DNA of 64,000 nt from Squalus acanthias (Eukaryota), in the NCBI GenBank assembly GCA_030390025.1, contig CM059438.1, positions 61,258,001 to 61,322,000 on the forward strand, in the 5' to 3' direction. The notes below the pieces were generated by a model. That model ran no database searches. It was not told the origin of the DNA and was given only the letters and a program-made list of their open reading frames with translations. The position numbers and the translations under genes are program-made. Of this stretch, positions 39,401 to 51,269 are shown one piece after another; the stretch's first letter is position 1, and each line of letters begins with the position of its first letter.

Positions 39401-39582
39401 TGACGTCACCATCTACCTGGCGTTGACGTTCCCGGCGATACCTTTTACCGGCGGTGCTACAGAGGGGCCAGATTTGCCATGCGGTGCTGGATTCGCCTCG
39501 CCCCGGCGACACTAGTCTAGCGTCCCATTAGCGGCATCTACTGCCGCTAACGGGAGGCGCTAAGGGGACGAATTTTTCCCCC
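36458..39582. mobile_element. Harbinger element retaining the Myb gene, transposase mostly deleted
   Basis: TIRs GGGCTAGAAATTCGT / ACGAATTTTTCCCCC; transposase N-terminal remnant RRTYPLRVFREHFSYLQLSEKQCIR at about 38895-38970 (minus); TSD not conserved (TAA/TTT). Confidence 0.88.
36790..38639 (+). pseudogene. Harbinger Myb/SANT-like protein; exons ~36790-37020, 37248-37410, 37567-38639
   Basis: RERARRFSDEALEALV...MWREVAQHV...RTHR*CRKKCNDL; LKVAHNRRQQERTGGG; intron phases 0 and 1; stops at 36979-36981 and 37356-37358; start codon not identified. Confidence 0.85.
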
Positions 39583-39951
39583 TTTGTTTGTTAATCTCGA
39601 TATCCCTCACAAGTTTCTTTTCATATTCCCTTTTTGCAGCTCTTGCTATCTTTTTTGTCTTCCTTTGCTGTTCTTTATATCTCTCCCAGTCCCCTGGATC
39701 TACACTATTCTTTGCACTTTTGTATGCTCTTTCCTTTAGTTTTATGTTATCTTTCACCTCTTTTGTTGACCATGGCTGTTTTATTTGGTAAGTAGAGCTC
39801 TTGCCCCTTAGGGATATATACTGGTCTTGTATCAAGCTAAATTCTTTTTTGAACACCTCCCACTGTCCATCTGCAGTTTTACCAGAAAGCAGTTTTGACC
39901 AGTTTGCTGTTGTCAGTCTCTATCTCATCCCGTTAAAGTTAGCCTTACCTC

Positions 39952-40730
39952 CCTGGTGTTATGGCCAATATTTATCCCTCAACCAACATCACGAAAACAG
40001 TTTAGCTGGCCATTACTGGCTGAGCGTCCAAAATCCGGAGTTCCGGAATCCGGACTCCGGGACGATTGGTGGCAGGGTCGTCCGGAATCCGTAAAATGTT
40101 CCGGAATCCGGAACTCAGGATTTTGGACGCTCAACCTGTACTTCAAAAAGCCATTAACTTTTGTTGTCTTTTTGAAAAATGCGAGTGATGCAATAAAACT
40201 TTAGTGTTGTGTTTTATCCTCCTTAATCTGCACAGCTCCACTAAGTGTTTCTGCCAGGCTGCGGCCACGGAACCACGCCGCCCTGGTGGCCTAGTGTGGG
40301 CCATCGGATGCTCTGCAGAGCTCGCAGCGTCCCTCCCCTTTAACAGAAGGGGAGGGGCGGAGAAACGCGTCAGCGCTACGCGGAACGGCCCAGGCATTTC
40401 CGGACTCGGAACGTGTTTCTGATGTCCGAAGTCTGGAAACGCCCCGATCCCAGGTTGCGATATTTCCGGACTTCGGACATCAGAAACACGTTCCGAAGTC
40501 TGGAAAAACACGAAAACCGGCTCGGCCTCGGTCCCGAGGTTGCCAGATTCAGGACGCTCAACCTGTATCACGTTGCTGTTCGTAGGACCTTGCTGTGTGC
40601 AAATTGGCTGCCGCGTTTCCTACATTACAGCAGTGACCGCATTTCAAAAGTACTTCATTGGCTGTAAAGCGTTTTGGGACGTCCTGGGGCCGTGAAAGGT
40701 GCTATAGAAATGCAAGTCTTTATTTCTTTT
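39952..40730 (+). mobile_element. Deu-type SINE 3' half interrupted by a Tigger-like insertion
   Basis: CCCTGGTGTTATGGCCAATATTTATCCC...CATTA, resuming TCACGTTGCTGTT at 40567. Confidence 0.75.
40016..40565. mobile_element. Tc1/mariner (Tigger/pogo-like) MITE
   Basis: TA-CTGGCTGAGCGTCC left end; GGACGCTCAACCTG-TA right ends at 40138 and 40565; internal palindromes. Confidence 0.7.
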
Positions 40731-40734
40731 TGCA

Positions 40735-40950
40735 GCTCAGTTACACACTGTATAGTTCAATCACAGAATGTGCAGCTCAACCACACACAGTAACACAGTT
40801 TAATGCTCACTTACACAGCACATAGCTCTGTTACATAATGTATGGCTCCACTGTACACCGCACACCTCAGTTAGACAATGGGTGGCTCAGTGTAGCACCA
40901 TTACATTGTATAGCTCAGTTACACAATGTCTGGCTCAGTTACACACAGGG
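40735..40950. repeat. Degenerate ~20-bp tandem repeat (AGCTCAGTTACACA...)
   Basis: Recurring GCTCAGTTACAC-like words. Confidence 0.5.
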
Positions 40951-41499
40951 AAGCGCATTTATCAACAGAGCTTTTGGGGAAGATATTTTTGGAATGTTCT
41001 AGAATTTACAATATACTTTGGAAAAAGAATTCAGAAAATGTGCGGTAAAGGAAATGATTCCTTCTATTTAAGACATTTTTGGATTAAATTACAAAGCTGG
41101 TTTCCTTATAACCTTTCTAAAAGTAAGTGATTGCATGAGTCGTAGCACAGTCATCAAAGGCTTTCTTGATCCAACTTGGTGATTAATTGAATACCTATTT
41201 GATGGAACACAGGCTTGGGTAGTCTTTTGCTGGGTTTGTAAAAGCTACAGGTGGAGTATAATTACACTGGCATGTAACGAAAAGAATGGTGAGCTGCCAG
41301 TCTAGCGATGGGCCCCGGTCCAGGTGCAGAGGTGGTGAGGTGCAGAATGACAGGTGTACAGGTGACAGTGCCAAAGCGGATTGCGTGCTCTTCAGTTCAG
41401 CTGCAAGGAGGGAAAGTGGGGAGGGAGGTGAAAGCAAGAGTGCCTCGCAGATCAGAACATGGCACTGATTATTATGGCCTCCAAACCAGATATCATTGA

Positions 41500-41965
41500 A
41501 GGAGACTATTCGGCCCATCAGGCCTGTGCCGGCTTTTTGAAAGAGCTGTCCAAGTAGTCCCAGTTCCCCGCTCTTTCCCCACAGCCCTGTAAACTTTTCC
41601 TTTTCAAGTATTTATCCAATTCCCTTTTGAAAATTACTATTGAATCTGCTTCCACCGCCCTTTTCAGGCAGCGCATTCCAGATCACAACTCGCTGCGTAA
41701 AAAAAATTCTCATCTACCCTCTGGTCCTTTTGCCAATTACCTTAAATCTGTGACCTCTGGTTACTGACCCTCCTGCCACTGGAAACACTTTCTCCTTATT
41801 TACTCTATCAAAACCCTTCATGATTTTGAACACCTCTATTAAATCTCCCTTTAACCTTCTCTGCTCTAAGGAGAACAATCCCAGCTTCTCCAGACTCTCC
41901 ATATAACTGAAGTCCCTCATCCCTGGTACCATTCTGGTAAATCTCTTCTGCACCCTCTCCAAGGA
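41500..41965 (-). mobile_element. CR1 3' fragment
   Basis: LERVQKRFTRMVPGMRDFSY...GDLIEVFK. Confidence 0.9.
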
Positions 41966-42505
41966 CATGTTCACTGAGCTGTTATTAACCTTTTTCTCTA
42001 CCAGGTGGGCCAGTTCAGCACATTGGGTATTCCTAGGAATGGATGGTCACAGCCCGATGACGACATGATTTGAACTCCTGGCTCGGTACCAAACCCATAG
42101 CTGGCGGCAATCAGCATCGGACCAGAAGAGGCCAAAGGTAAGTGTCTGTTTTTAAATTTTCTTCAGGTCTCCTATGGCTCAAGAGGAGCAGGAGTGACTA
42201 AAATATCGGATCATATCGCCAATTCAATTTCAGCTTCGGTCAGCTGGTAGCATTCTCGTTTCTGAGTCAAGTCCCACTCCATGGTTCCCGTACGCTGCTG
42301 AAAAAGACTGCCAGTTTGAAAATCCCTGTGTTACGAACCACTTTAACATTTATTCAGCATTATGACCTAAATGAAAACAGCAAACCCTGAACCAGGTCTA
42401 GCCTTTACACACAAAAGTCCGACTTCAAGTATTAACTGCTGTAGGAATTAAATTTGGTGATGAATTGAAAAGGTTTAGTCAATTGGAATTCTATATAATA
42501 GTAGC

Positions 42506-43022
42506 GAATGGGAAGGGGTTTGGTCCATTGGGAGTGAATGGGAAGGGGTTTGGTCCATTGGAAGTGAATGGGAAGGGGTTTGGTCCATTGGGAGTGAATG
42601 GGAAGGGGGTTGGTCCATTGGGAGTGAATGGGAAGGGGTTTGGTCCATTGGAAGTGAATGGGAAGGGGTTTGGTCCATTGGGAGTGAATGGGAAGGGGGT
42701 TGGTCCATTGGGAGTGAATGGGAAGGGGTTTGGTCCATTGGAAGTGAATGGGAAGGGGTTTGGTCCATTGGAAGTGAATGGGAAGGGGTTTGGTCCATTG
42801 GGAGTGAATGGGAAGGGGTTTGGTCCATTGGAAGTGAATGGGAAGGGGTTTGGTCCATTGGGAGTGAATGGGAAGGGGTTTGGTCCATTGGGAGTGAATG
42901 GGAAGGGGTTTGGTCCATTGGAAGTGAATGGGAAGGGGTTTGGTCCATTGGGAGTGAATGGGAAGGGGGTTGGTCCATTGGGAGTGAATGGGAAGGGGGT
43001 TGGTCCATTGGAAGTGAATGGG
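42506..43022. repeat. 30-bp G-rich minisatellite GAATGGGAAGGGGTTTGGTCCATTGG(G/A)AGT, about 17 copies
   Basis: Exact 30-nt period. Confidence 0.97.
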
Positions 43023-43831
43023 GAGGATCACTCCATTGTGTTTCTGTACACTGGGAGTGAATGGGAGCAGTTGTTTTTACTGGGTCTGCGTGCTGCTAAT
43101 AATTTCAATGAGAGTATTTCTTTAATTCAGTTGTGTGAGTGACATTAAGTCAGAAATTACAGTTGGTGATATCAGTCAGAAAACATTTAACCCATTCATA
43201 TTAAACAATTCTCTGTCCACTATTATAGTGTAGGTACTGTTTATTTTGGGTGGGTTAACACCACTGCTAAATGAACGGATAGAAGAATGTCATATGAACA
43301 CAATATTGGTTCATCCATTGATAGCACTGATAGTGTGCCTGACTCCCCACCTCTGACAGTCACACAAGCTGATGGAAGGTGTTGGGCAAGCGAACCAAAC
43401 CAGCAGGAATACTGAGCATTAGTCATGGGAACAATAAGAGAAAGGGTTGGGTTCTCATCACTCAGCACTTACCTAACACCCAAGTACTCAGATATCTACC
43501 TGCAAAGCTCTGCCAAACCATCACACAAACTCCTTACTGTTTTGTTAGTTGATCTCCCTCCGTTCCATGGCTTATTTCATTCCTTGCCGGCATTTTGCCG
43601 GATGCTTCCTGAATTCCAATTTGGAAAGATGAACTGGCCTGTCCCTTTAAGCTGCTGCAAGCCTTTCAATCTGGCAGCAGCACGTGATTTGCTGCCCTCC
43701 AATGGGCAATCCACCAATCACAGACAGCTTCCACAATGGAGCTCATCCGCAATGTTCAAACTGGGCTGACCCCTGAACTATGTGAAAGGTCAAGGCACTG
43801 CAGATTGGACCACGCCACTGCTTCGACCTCT

Positions 43832-44545
43832 TAGAAACATAGAAACATAGAAAATAGGTACAGGAGTAGACCATTCGGTCCTTCGAGCCTGCACCGCCAT
43901 TCAATGCGTTCATGGCTGAACATGCTACCTCAGTACCCCATCCCTGCTTTCTCGCCATACCCCTTGATCCCCCTAGTTGTGAGTGTTATATCTAACTCCC
44001 TTTTGAATATATTTAGCGAACTGGCCTCAACAACCTTCTGTGGAAGAGAATTCCATAGATTCACCACTCTCTGGGTGAAGAAGTTCCTCCTCAGCTCAGT
44101 CTTAAATGGCTTCCCCTTAATCCTTAGACTGTGACTCCTGGTTCTAGTTTTCCCTAACATTGGGAACATTCTGCCCGCATCTAATTTGTCTAAACCAGTC
44201 AGGATTTTAAATGTCTCTATAAGATCCCCCCTCATTCTTCTGAACTCCAGAGGATACAAGTTCAGTTGACCCAATCTTTCTTGATATGTCAGACCGGCCA
44301 TCCCAGGAATCAATCTAGTGAACCTTCGCTGCACTCCCTCAATAGCAAGAATGTCCTTCCTTAAGTTAGGAGACCAAAACTGCGCACAATACTCCAGGTG
44401 TGGCCTCACCAAGGCCCTGTACAACTGCAGCATCACCTCCCTACTCCTGTACTCAAATCCCCTTACTATGAAGGCCATCATTCCGTTTGCTTTCTTGACT
44501 GCCTGCTGCACTTGCATTCCCACCTTCAGTGACTGATGTACCATG
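43832..44545 (-). mobile_element. CR1/HER1 LINE 3' fragment
   Basis: 204-aa ORF with LYRALVRPHLEYCAQFW...FFTQRVVNLWNSLP; tail (AGAAACAT)n. Confidence 0.95.
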
Positions 44546-46014
44546 ACCTTGACCTCTCCAGGGCTGGTTCAACTTCCCAGAGCCAAAGATGGGGGTAATG
44601 TTACCCAACATGCCCAGCGGGTTTCGGGTCAGACCCCCATTTTACACCCACAGCCTGAGGTCAGTGGAGTGGAAAATCGGGCGGGGTGTAAATCGGGCTT
44701 CCGACCCGAACCTGCCCGATTCCTGCCGGGGGTTCGGGTTGGGGGGGGGGGACGCGTGGATTAGGTTAAAATTGCCCCCTAAGAAGGTCAGAGTTGGGCA
44801 GTAACAGCGCACTGTCCGAGGCCTGTGCTGGTTACACCGGCTCGATCTGCTCCTCATTAGCTAATGTGTGTATTTCTGTGTGTGTGTGTGTGTGGAGAGA
44901 AAGCTAAGACGTCGTAAGTCGCAGGCTGTAAAATCGAGGGCTAATTTAGAAAAAACAGATGTGGTTGGAGATTGAAAGTGATGTAATGCATTTTTTTTGA
45001 TTGAGTTGATCGAGTTTTGCTCAGCGCTGAGAGGGGCTGGACACCTTTCCTGGGCAATAAAAGATTTACAAGGTAACGCCAGCAGGCACTTTTATGATGT
45101 AATTAAAAAAAAGATTGCTTTCTGTTTAATGTTCTCCTCAGGCTGTTGATTTCATCACGCTGAGATGTGAGGTAACAGAGTGTGTGCGTGTGCGCAGGTC
45201 GTGTGTAATGTCTGAAAAACCTCTGCCCGCAACCCTAACCTGCCCTTTCCTTTTATCAGATACTGACAGACCCTGCAATGTATTTCCTCCAGCACTTTCT
45301 GTCTGGCCGAGGTGGGTTTTCTTTGGGACTTTCAGAGGTCCAGGGGCGGTCAGAAATGGTCCGACGTGCGGTAGAGGCATCATCCTCCCAGCTCTCCATG
45401 CCTGCCGATTTGAGAGCTTTAGAATGTCCCCTCTCAGGCTGTTTGCGAGTGGACTGTCTTGTGGCTTTAGTGACCCGACGCCGCCAAGATCAGGGAATGA
45501 GATTTAAGATTGAAAAGAGTGAAGCAGATTACGGACTCACACACAGAGTTAACACAGTAACATAGTGCAGTGCCCACCTCTTCTACCGTAAGCGCTTACC
45601 ACGGGCAGCCGCCTATATCTGCAGATGGTGCTGATCACCACAGGAGTCAAACACAAAGGCATCGCTTGTAACGTATTAAACACGTCGGCTATTTCGTGCA
45701 GTTCAATAATTGCCTGATTAAAGCTGATTGAAGTTGCCTGAAATCTCCCCTTTCCGACTGCCTCCTGTGGCTGTTAACAGTGTGAGCAGCTGATGGAGAC
45801 ATCAGGCAGCTTCAAGCAGATGGTTTTATGTGTATAGCAGGCAAATCATATCAGCTCGAACGCCCCCAATATATACAGTGGGGACTGTAACTATTTCAGG
45901 CAGGAGCAGACCCTTGATCCACATGGCCCATCTATCCACAGTATTCCCATGGTGTATTTCTAATAACCCTGAATCCCCTTTGTGGACAATTCTAAGAGCG
46001 AGATACATTAAAAA

Positions 46015-46453
46015 GGGCAACACGGTGGCATAGTGGTTAGCACTGGTGCCTCACAGCGCCAGAGACCCGGGTTCGAATCTGACCTCGGGTGACTGTCTGT
46101 GTGGAGTTTGCACATTCTCCCCGTGTCTGCGTGGGTTTCCTCCGGGTGCTCCGGTTTCCTCCCACAGTCCAAAAATGCGTGGGTTAGGTTGATTTGGCTA
46201 TGATAAATTGACCCTTAATGTTAGGGGGGATTAAATATGTGGGGTTATGGGGATAGGATAGGATGGGATATGTTAGGGGGAATTAAATACGTGGGGTTAC
46301 GGGGGTAGGGTGGGATATGTGTACTGTGGGGATATAAAGCAGGGACAGGGTACTGGATTTGGATGATCAGCCATGATCGTATTGAATGGCGGAGCAGGCT
46401 CGACGGGCCGAATGGCCTACTCCTGCTCCTAGATTCTATGTTTCTATGTTTCT
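46015..46453 (+). mobile_element. HE1-type V-SINE, full length
   Basis: A box TGGCATAGTGG, B box GGTTCGAATC, V-domain GTCTGTGTGGAGTTTGCACATTCTCCCCGTGTCTGCGTGGGTTTCCTCCGGGTGCTCCGG, CR1-derived tail ending (TTCTATGT)n. Confidence 0.92.
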
Positions 46454-46669
46454 AAAATAAACCCAACTTTTAATCCAATGTGAGTGAATCCAGCAGGAGT
46501 ACCTAGAGCACATGACAGCAAGATAACTTTCATCCCCTCACTCTCGACTGGATTCAAACCTGGGTTCCAGAAGTCAAAGGTTAGCCAGCTAACCACACTC
46601 TTTAAAACAGAAACTTCAACAGCAGCCATTGCACCCAATACTCCACTGTGTTTCTGCAGCATGACAATA

Positions 46670-46912
46670 GCGCAGTAACAGTATGGTAACAGCACGGCAA
46701 TGGCGCAGTAACAGTACGATAACAGCACGGCAATGGCGCAGTAACAGTACGGTAACAGCACGGCAATGGCGCAGTAACAGTACGGTAACAGCACGGCAAT
46801 GGCGCAGTAACAGTACGGTAACAGCGCGGCAATGGCGCAGTAACAGTACGATAACAGCACGGCAATGGCGCAATAACAGTATGGTAACAGCACGGCAATG
46901 GCGCAGTAACAG
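46670..46912. repeat. 33-bp tandem repeat built from 11-bp subunits; degenerate continuation to about 47645
   Basis: GTAACAGTACG-GTAACAGCACG-GCAATGGCGCA, about 7 copies. Confidence 0.9.
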
Positions 46913-46924
46913 TTCAGTAACACA

Positions 46925-47190
46925 GGATTACATAGGATATACGGCACAGAAACAGGCCATTCGGCCCAACCAGTCCATGCCGGCGTTTATGCTCCACTCG
47001 AGCCTCCTCCCGTCTTTCCTCATCTAACTCTATCAGCATAACCCTCTATTCCCTTCTCCCTCATATACTTATCTAACCGCACCTTAAATGCATCTATACT
47101 ATTCGCTTCAACCACTCCCTGTGGTAGCGAGTTCCATATTCTCACCACTCTTTGGGTAAAGATGTTTCTTCTGAATTCCCTATTGGATTT
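46925..47190 (-). mobile_element. CR1 3' end inserted in the minisatellite
   Basis: FTQRVVRIWNSLPQGVVEANSIDAFK. Confidence 0.85.
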
Positions 47191-49793
47191 GTAACAGCGC
47201 AGTAACAGCACAGCAATAGCAAAGTAACAACAGTAACAGCACAGCAATAGCACAGTAGCAGAACAGTAAAGGCACGGCAACAATGTCCCCTTTAAGCTGC
47301 GCAGCTGGTGAGCCGACTTTTAAATTGAAAAATACGCGCATGGACGGACTTTTGAATGGGCCACGTAGCCTGTTAAAGGGGCCACAAGGACCAAAAGAAA
47401 ATTACGAGTAACATTGCATGGCAATAGCGCAGTAGCAGTACAGCAATAGCAAAGTAACAGCACAATGAAAGTGCAGTGACAGTAACGTTATGTCACAGCA
47501 ACAGCACAGTAACAATCCAGTTACAGTTCAGCAATAGTACAGTAACAATACAGTAATCGCACAATAACAGTGCTACTGCTGTGCTGTTACTGGAGTGTTA
47601 ATATGCTATTGCTGTATTATTACTGTGCTGTACTGTTACTGTAATGTGAGTCCATGGTACAGTATCTCTCTAATATGAATCAGTATGAGCCATACAGACC
47701 AGATGTTCCCACGTTCATGTCTTCATTTCTGGTGAGCAAGGGTGAAAACGGCCCTACTGTAATTTGCCTCAGCGTCCCTGTGGGTTCCCACTCCTGATCC
47801 CAATGCAGTGAAAGTGCAGGATATCAGGTAAGAACTCAATCCGACTCAGCTGAGAAGCCCAACACTCACACATTTAAAAAAAAATATTTGTAAGACTCAG
47901 GAGGAATTCTCACTTACTGAGAGACAGAGCAGAGAAAAAAAAACCACAACCACAGACAGAAGGAGATAGTTCAGATGTTCTGAGATCATGTGCATGATTC
48001 AGGGTGGCTGGACAAGGAGCCGCGAGTCACCGGCTGCTCGGGCATTGTGCAGGAAGGTGTCCTGCGCCTGTGGAATCAGACCTAATTCTAGGGAATGTAG
48101 CCGGGCAAGTGGTAGAAGTGTCAGTAGGAGAGCATTTTGGTGACAGTGACCATAATTCGGTGAGATTTAAGGTAGTCATGGAAAAGGACAAAGATGGACC
48201 GGAAATAAAGGTTCTAAATTGGGGGAAGGTCGATTTTAATATGATAAGGCAGGATCTGGCCAGAGTGGATTGGGATAAGCTACTTGTAGGAAAATCCACA
48301 TCAGAGCAGTGGGAGTCTTTCAGAAAGCAAATAGAGAGAGTACAATGCCAACATGTTCCCGTAAAGGTCAAGGGTGGGCCCAACAAGCCCAGGGAACCCT
48401 GGATGTCAAGGGATATACAAGAATGGATTAGGAAAAAAAGGGTGGCTTTCGGCAGATACAAAGGACTAAAAACAGTGGAAGCCCTAGAGGAGTATAGAAA
48501 GTGCCGGGGGGTACTTAAAAAAATAAATTAGGAGCGCGAAGAGGGGGCATGAAAAAACACTGGCGGGCAAAATAAAGGAAAATCCCAAGGTGTTTTATAA
48601 GTATATTAAGGGCAAAAGGATAACCAGGGAAAGAGTAGGGCCCATTAGGGACCAAAGTGGCAATCTGTGTGTAGAGCCAGAAGATGTGGGTGAGGTTTTA
48701 AATGAATATTTTGCATCTGCGTTCACTATGGAGAAGGACGATGTAGGCATAGAAATCAAGCAGGGGGATTGTGATATACTTGAACAAATTAGTATTGAGA
48801 GGGAGGAGGTACTAGTGGTTTTAGCGGGCTTAAAAATGGATAAATCCCCAGGCCCTGACGAGATGTATCCCAGGCTGCTGTGTGAGGCAAGGGAGGAGAT
48901 TGCAGGGGCTCTGACACAAATTTTCAGAACCTCTCTGGCCATAGGGGAGGTGCCAGAGGACTGGAGGACAGCTAACATAGTACTATTATTCAAGAAGGGT
49001 AGTAGGGATAAACCAGGGAATTACAGGCCAGTGAGCCTAACATCAGTGGTAGGGAAATTATTGGAAAAAGTTCTGAGGGACAGAATTAGTCTCCACTTGG
49101 AGAGGCAAGGATTAATCAAGGATAGTCAGCATGGCTTTGTCAGGGGGAGATCATGTCTAACCAATTTGATTGAATTTTGAGAGGGGGTGACTAGGTGCGT
49201 GGATGAGGGTAGTGCAGTTGATGTAGTCTACATGGACTTCAGTAAGGCTTTTGACAAAGTCCCACATGGGAGACTGGTCAAGAAGGTAAGAGCCCATGGG
49301 ATCCAGGGCAATTTGGCACATTGGATCCAAAATTGGCTTAGTGGCAGGAGGCAGAGGGTGATGGTCAAAGGTTGTTTTTGTGACTGGAATCCTGTGTCCA
49401 GTGATGTACCGCAGGGATCGGTACTGGGTCCTTTGCTGTTTGTAGTGTACATTAATGATTTAGATATGAATGTAGGAGGTATGATCAGTAAGTTCCCAGA
49501 TGACACAAAAATTGGTGGAGTGGTAAATAGCGAGGAGGGAAGCCTCAGGCTGCAGGATGATATAGACGGGTTGGTTAGATGGGCAGAACAGTGGCAAATG
49601 GAATTTAACCCTGAAAAGTGTGAGGTGATGCATTTTGGGAGGACAAACAAGGCAAGGGAATACACAATGAATGGTAGGACCCTAGGAAGGACAGAGGATC
49701 AGAGGGACCTTGGTGTGCATGTACATAGATCCCTGAAGGCAGCAGGACAGGTAGATAAGGTGGTTAAAAAGGCATATGGGATACTTGCCTTCA

Positions 49794-50119
49794 TGTGTCT
49801 GCGTGGGTTTTCTCCGGGTGCTCCGGTTTCCTCCCACAGTCCAAAAATGTGTGGGTTAGGTTGATTTGGCTATGATAAATTGACCCTTAGTGTTAGGGGG
49901 GATTAAATATGTGGGGTTATGGGGATAGGATGGGATATGTTAGGGGGAATTAAATACGTGGGGTTACGGGGGTAGGGTGGGATATGTGTACTGTTGGGAT
50001 TAAAGCAGGGACAGGGTACTGGATTTGGATGATCAGCCATGATCGTATTGAATGGCGGAGCAGGCTCGACGGGCCGAATGGCCTACTCCTGCTCCTAGAT
50101 TCTATGTTTCTATGTTTCT
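49794..50119 (+). mobile_element. 5'-truncated HE1-type SINE nested in CR1
   Basis: Near-identical to 46123-46453; splits the CR1 sequence GCCTT|ATTAGCCGAGG. Confidence 0.92.
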
Positions 50120-50581
50120 ATTAGCCGAGGCATAGAATATAAGAGCAGGGAGGTTATGATGGAGCTGTACAAAACGCTAGTTAGGCCACAGCTGGAATAC
50201 TGCGTGCAGTTCTGGTCGCCACACGATAGGAAGGATGTGATTGCATTGGAGAGGGTGCAGAGGAGATTCACCAGTATGTTACCTCGGCTGGAGCGCACCA
50301 GCTATGAAGAGAGACTGGACAGGCTGGGGTTGTTTTCCTTAGAGCAGAGAAGGGGGGACCTGATTGAGGTGTACAAAATTATGAGGGGCATAGATAGGGT
50401 AGATAGAAATGAACTTTTCCCCTTAGTAGAGGGGTCAATAACCAGGGGGCATAGTTTCAAGGTAAGGGGCAGGAGGTTTAGAGGGGATTTGAGGAAAAAC
50501 TTTTTCACCCAGAGGGTGGTTGGAATCTGGAACTCACTGCCTGAATGGGTGGGAGAGGCAGGAACCCTCACAACATTCAAG

Positions 50582-51095
50582 AAACATAGAAGATAGGAGC
50601 AGGAGTAGGCCATTCGGCCCATCGAGCCTGCTCCGCCATTCGATGAGATCATGGCTGATCATCTAAACTCAGTACCCTGTACCTGCCTTCTCCCCATATC
50701 CCTTGATACCTTTAGCTTTAAGAAATATATCTAACTCATCCTTGAATATATTTAATGACTTCGCCTCAACTACCTTCTGTGGTAGAGAATTCCACAGGTT
50801 CACCACTCTCTGGGTGAAGAAATTCTTCCTCATTTCTGTCCTAAATGGTTTACCCGTTATCCGTAGATTATGACACCTGGTTCTGGACTCTCCGACCATC
50901 GGGAACATTCTTTCTGCATCTAGTTTGTCCAGACCTGTCAGAATTTTATATGTTTCGATGAGATGAGATCCCCTCTCATTCTTCTATACTCCAGTGAGTA
51001 TAAGCCCAATCGACCCAATCTCTCCTCATATGTCATTCCTGCCATCCCAGGTATCAGCCTTGTGAATCTTCGCTGAACTCCTTCCATGGCAAGAA
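50582..51095 (-). mobile_element. CR1/HER1 3' fragment nested in opposite orientation in CR1
   Basis: FRTEMRKNFFTQRVVNLWNSLPQ; CAAGAA present at both junctions. Confidence 0.9.
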
Positions 51096-51269
51096 GCATT
51101 TAGATGAGCACTTGAAACGCCATAGCATACAAGGCTACGGACCAAGTGCTGAAAAATGGGATTAGAATAGACAGGGCTTGATGGCCGGCGCAGACTCGAT
51201 GGGCCGATGGGCCTCTTTCTGTGCTGTATAAATCTATGACTCTATGACTTAATAGGAGTCAACACCTTC

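Larger units (their letters stand above)
36335..39950 (-). mobile_element. CR1 ORF2 linker fragment split by the Harbinger insertion (36335-36457 and 39583-39950)
   Basis: AAKREYEKKLVRDIEINK on the right continues as KSFYNY-like sequence left of 36458. Confidence 0.7.
48079..51250 (+). mobile_element. 5'-truncated CR1 LINE (endonuclease end to 3'UTR) with frameshifts and two nested insertions
   Basis: DLILGN...GDSDHN, KSPGPDEMYPRLL, YMDFSKAFDKVPH, VPQGSVLGP, LVRPQLEYCVQFW; tail (CTATGACT)n. Confidence 0.95.

Noticed and set aside
42005..42137. Plus-strand exon-like segment (TTTTCTCTACCAG...AAAG|GTAAGT)
   Set aside because: Stops in all three frames, and the donor side looks repeat-derived
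42432..43142. Gly-rich (VNGKGFGPLG)n ORF resembling a structural protein
   Set aside because: Direct product of a 30-bp minisatellite; no signal peptide or gene context
46015..46090. tRNA gene
   Set aside because: A and B boxes run straight into the V-domain and CR1 tail; it is a SINE head, as are the other tRNA-like segments
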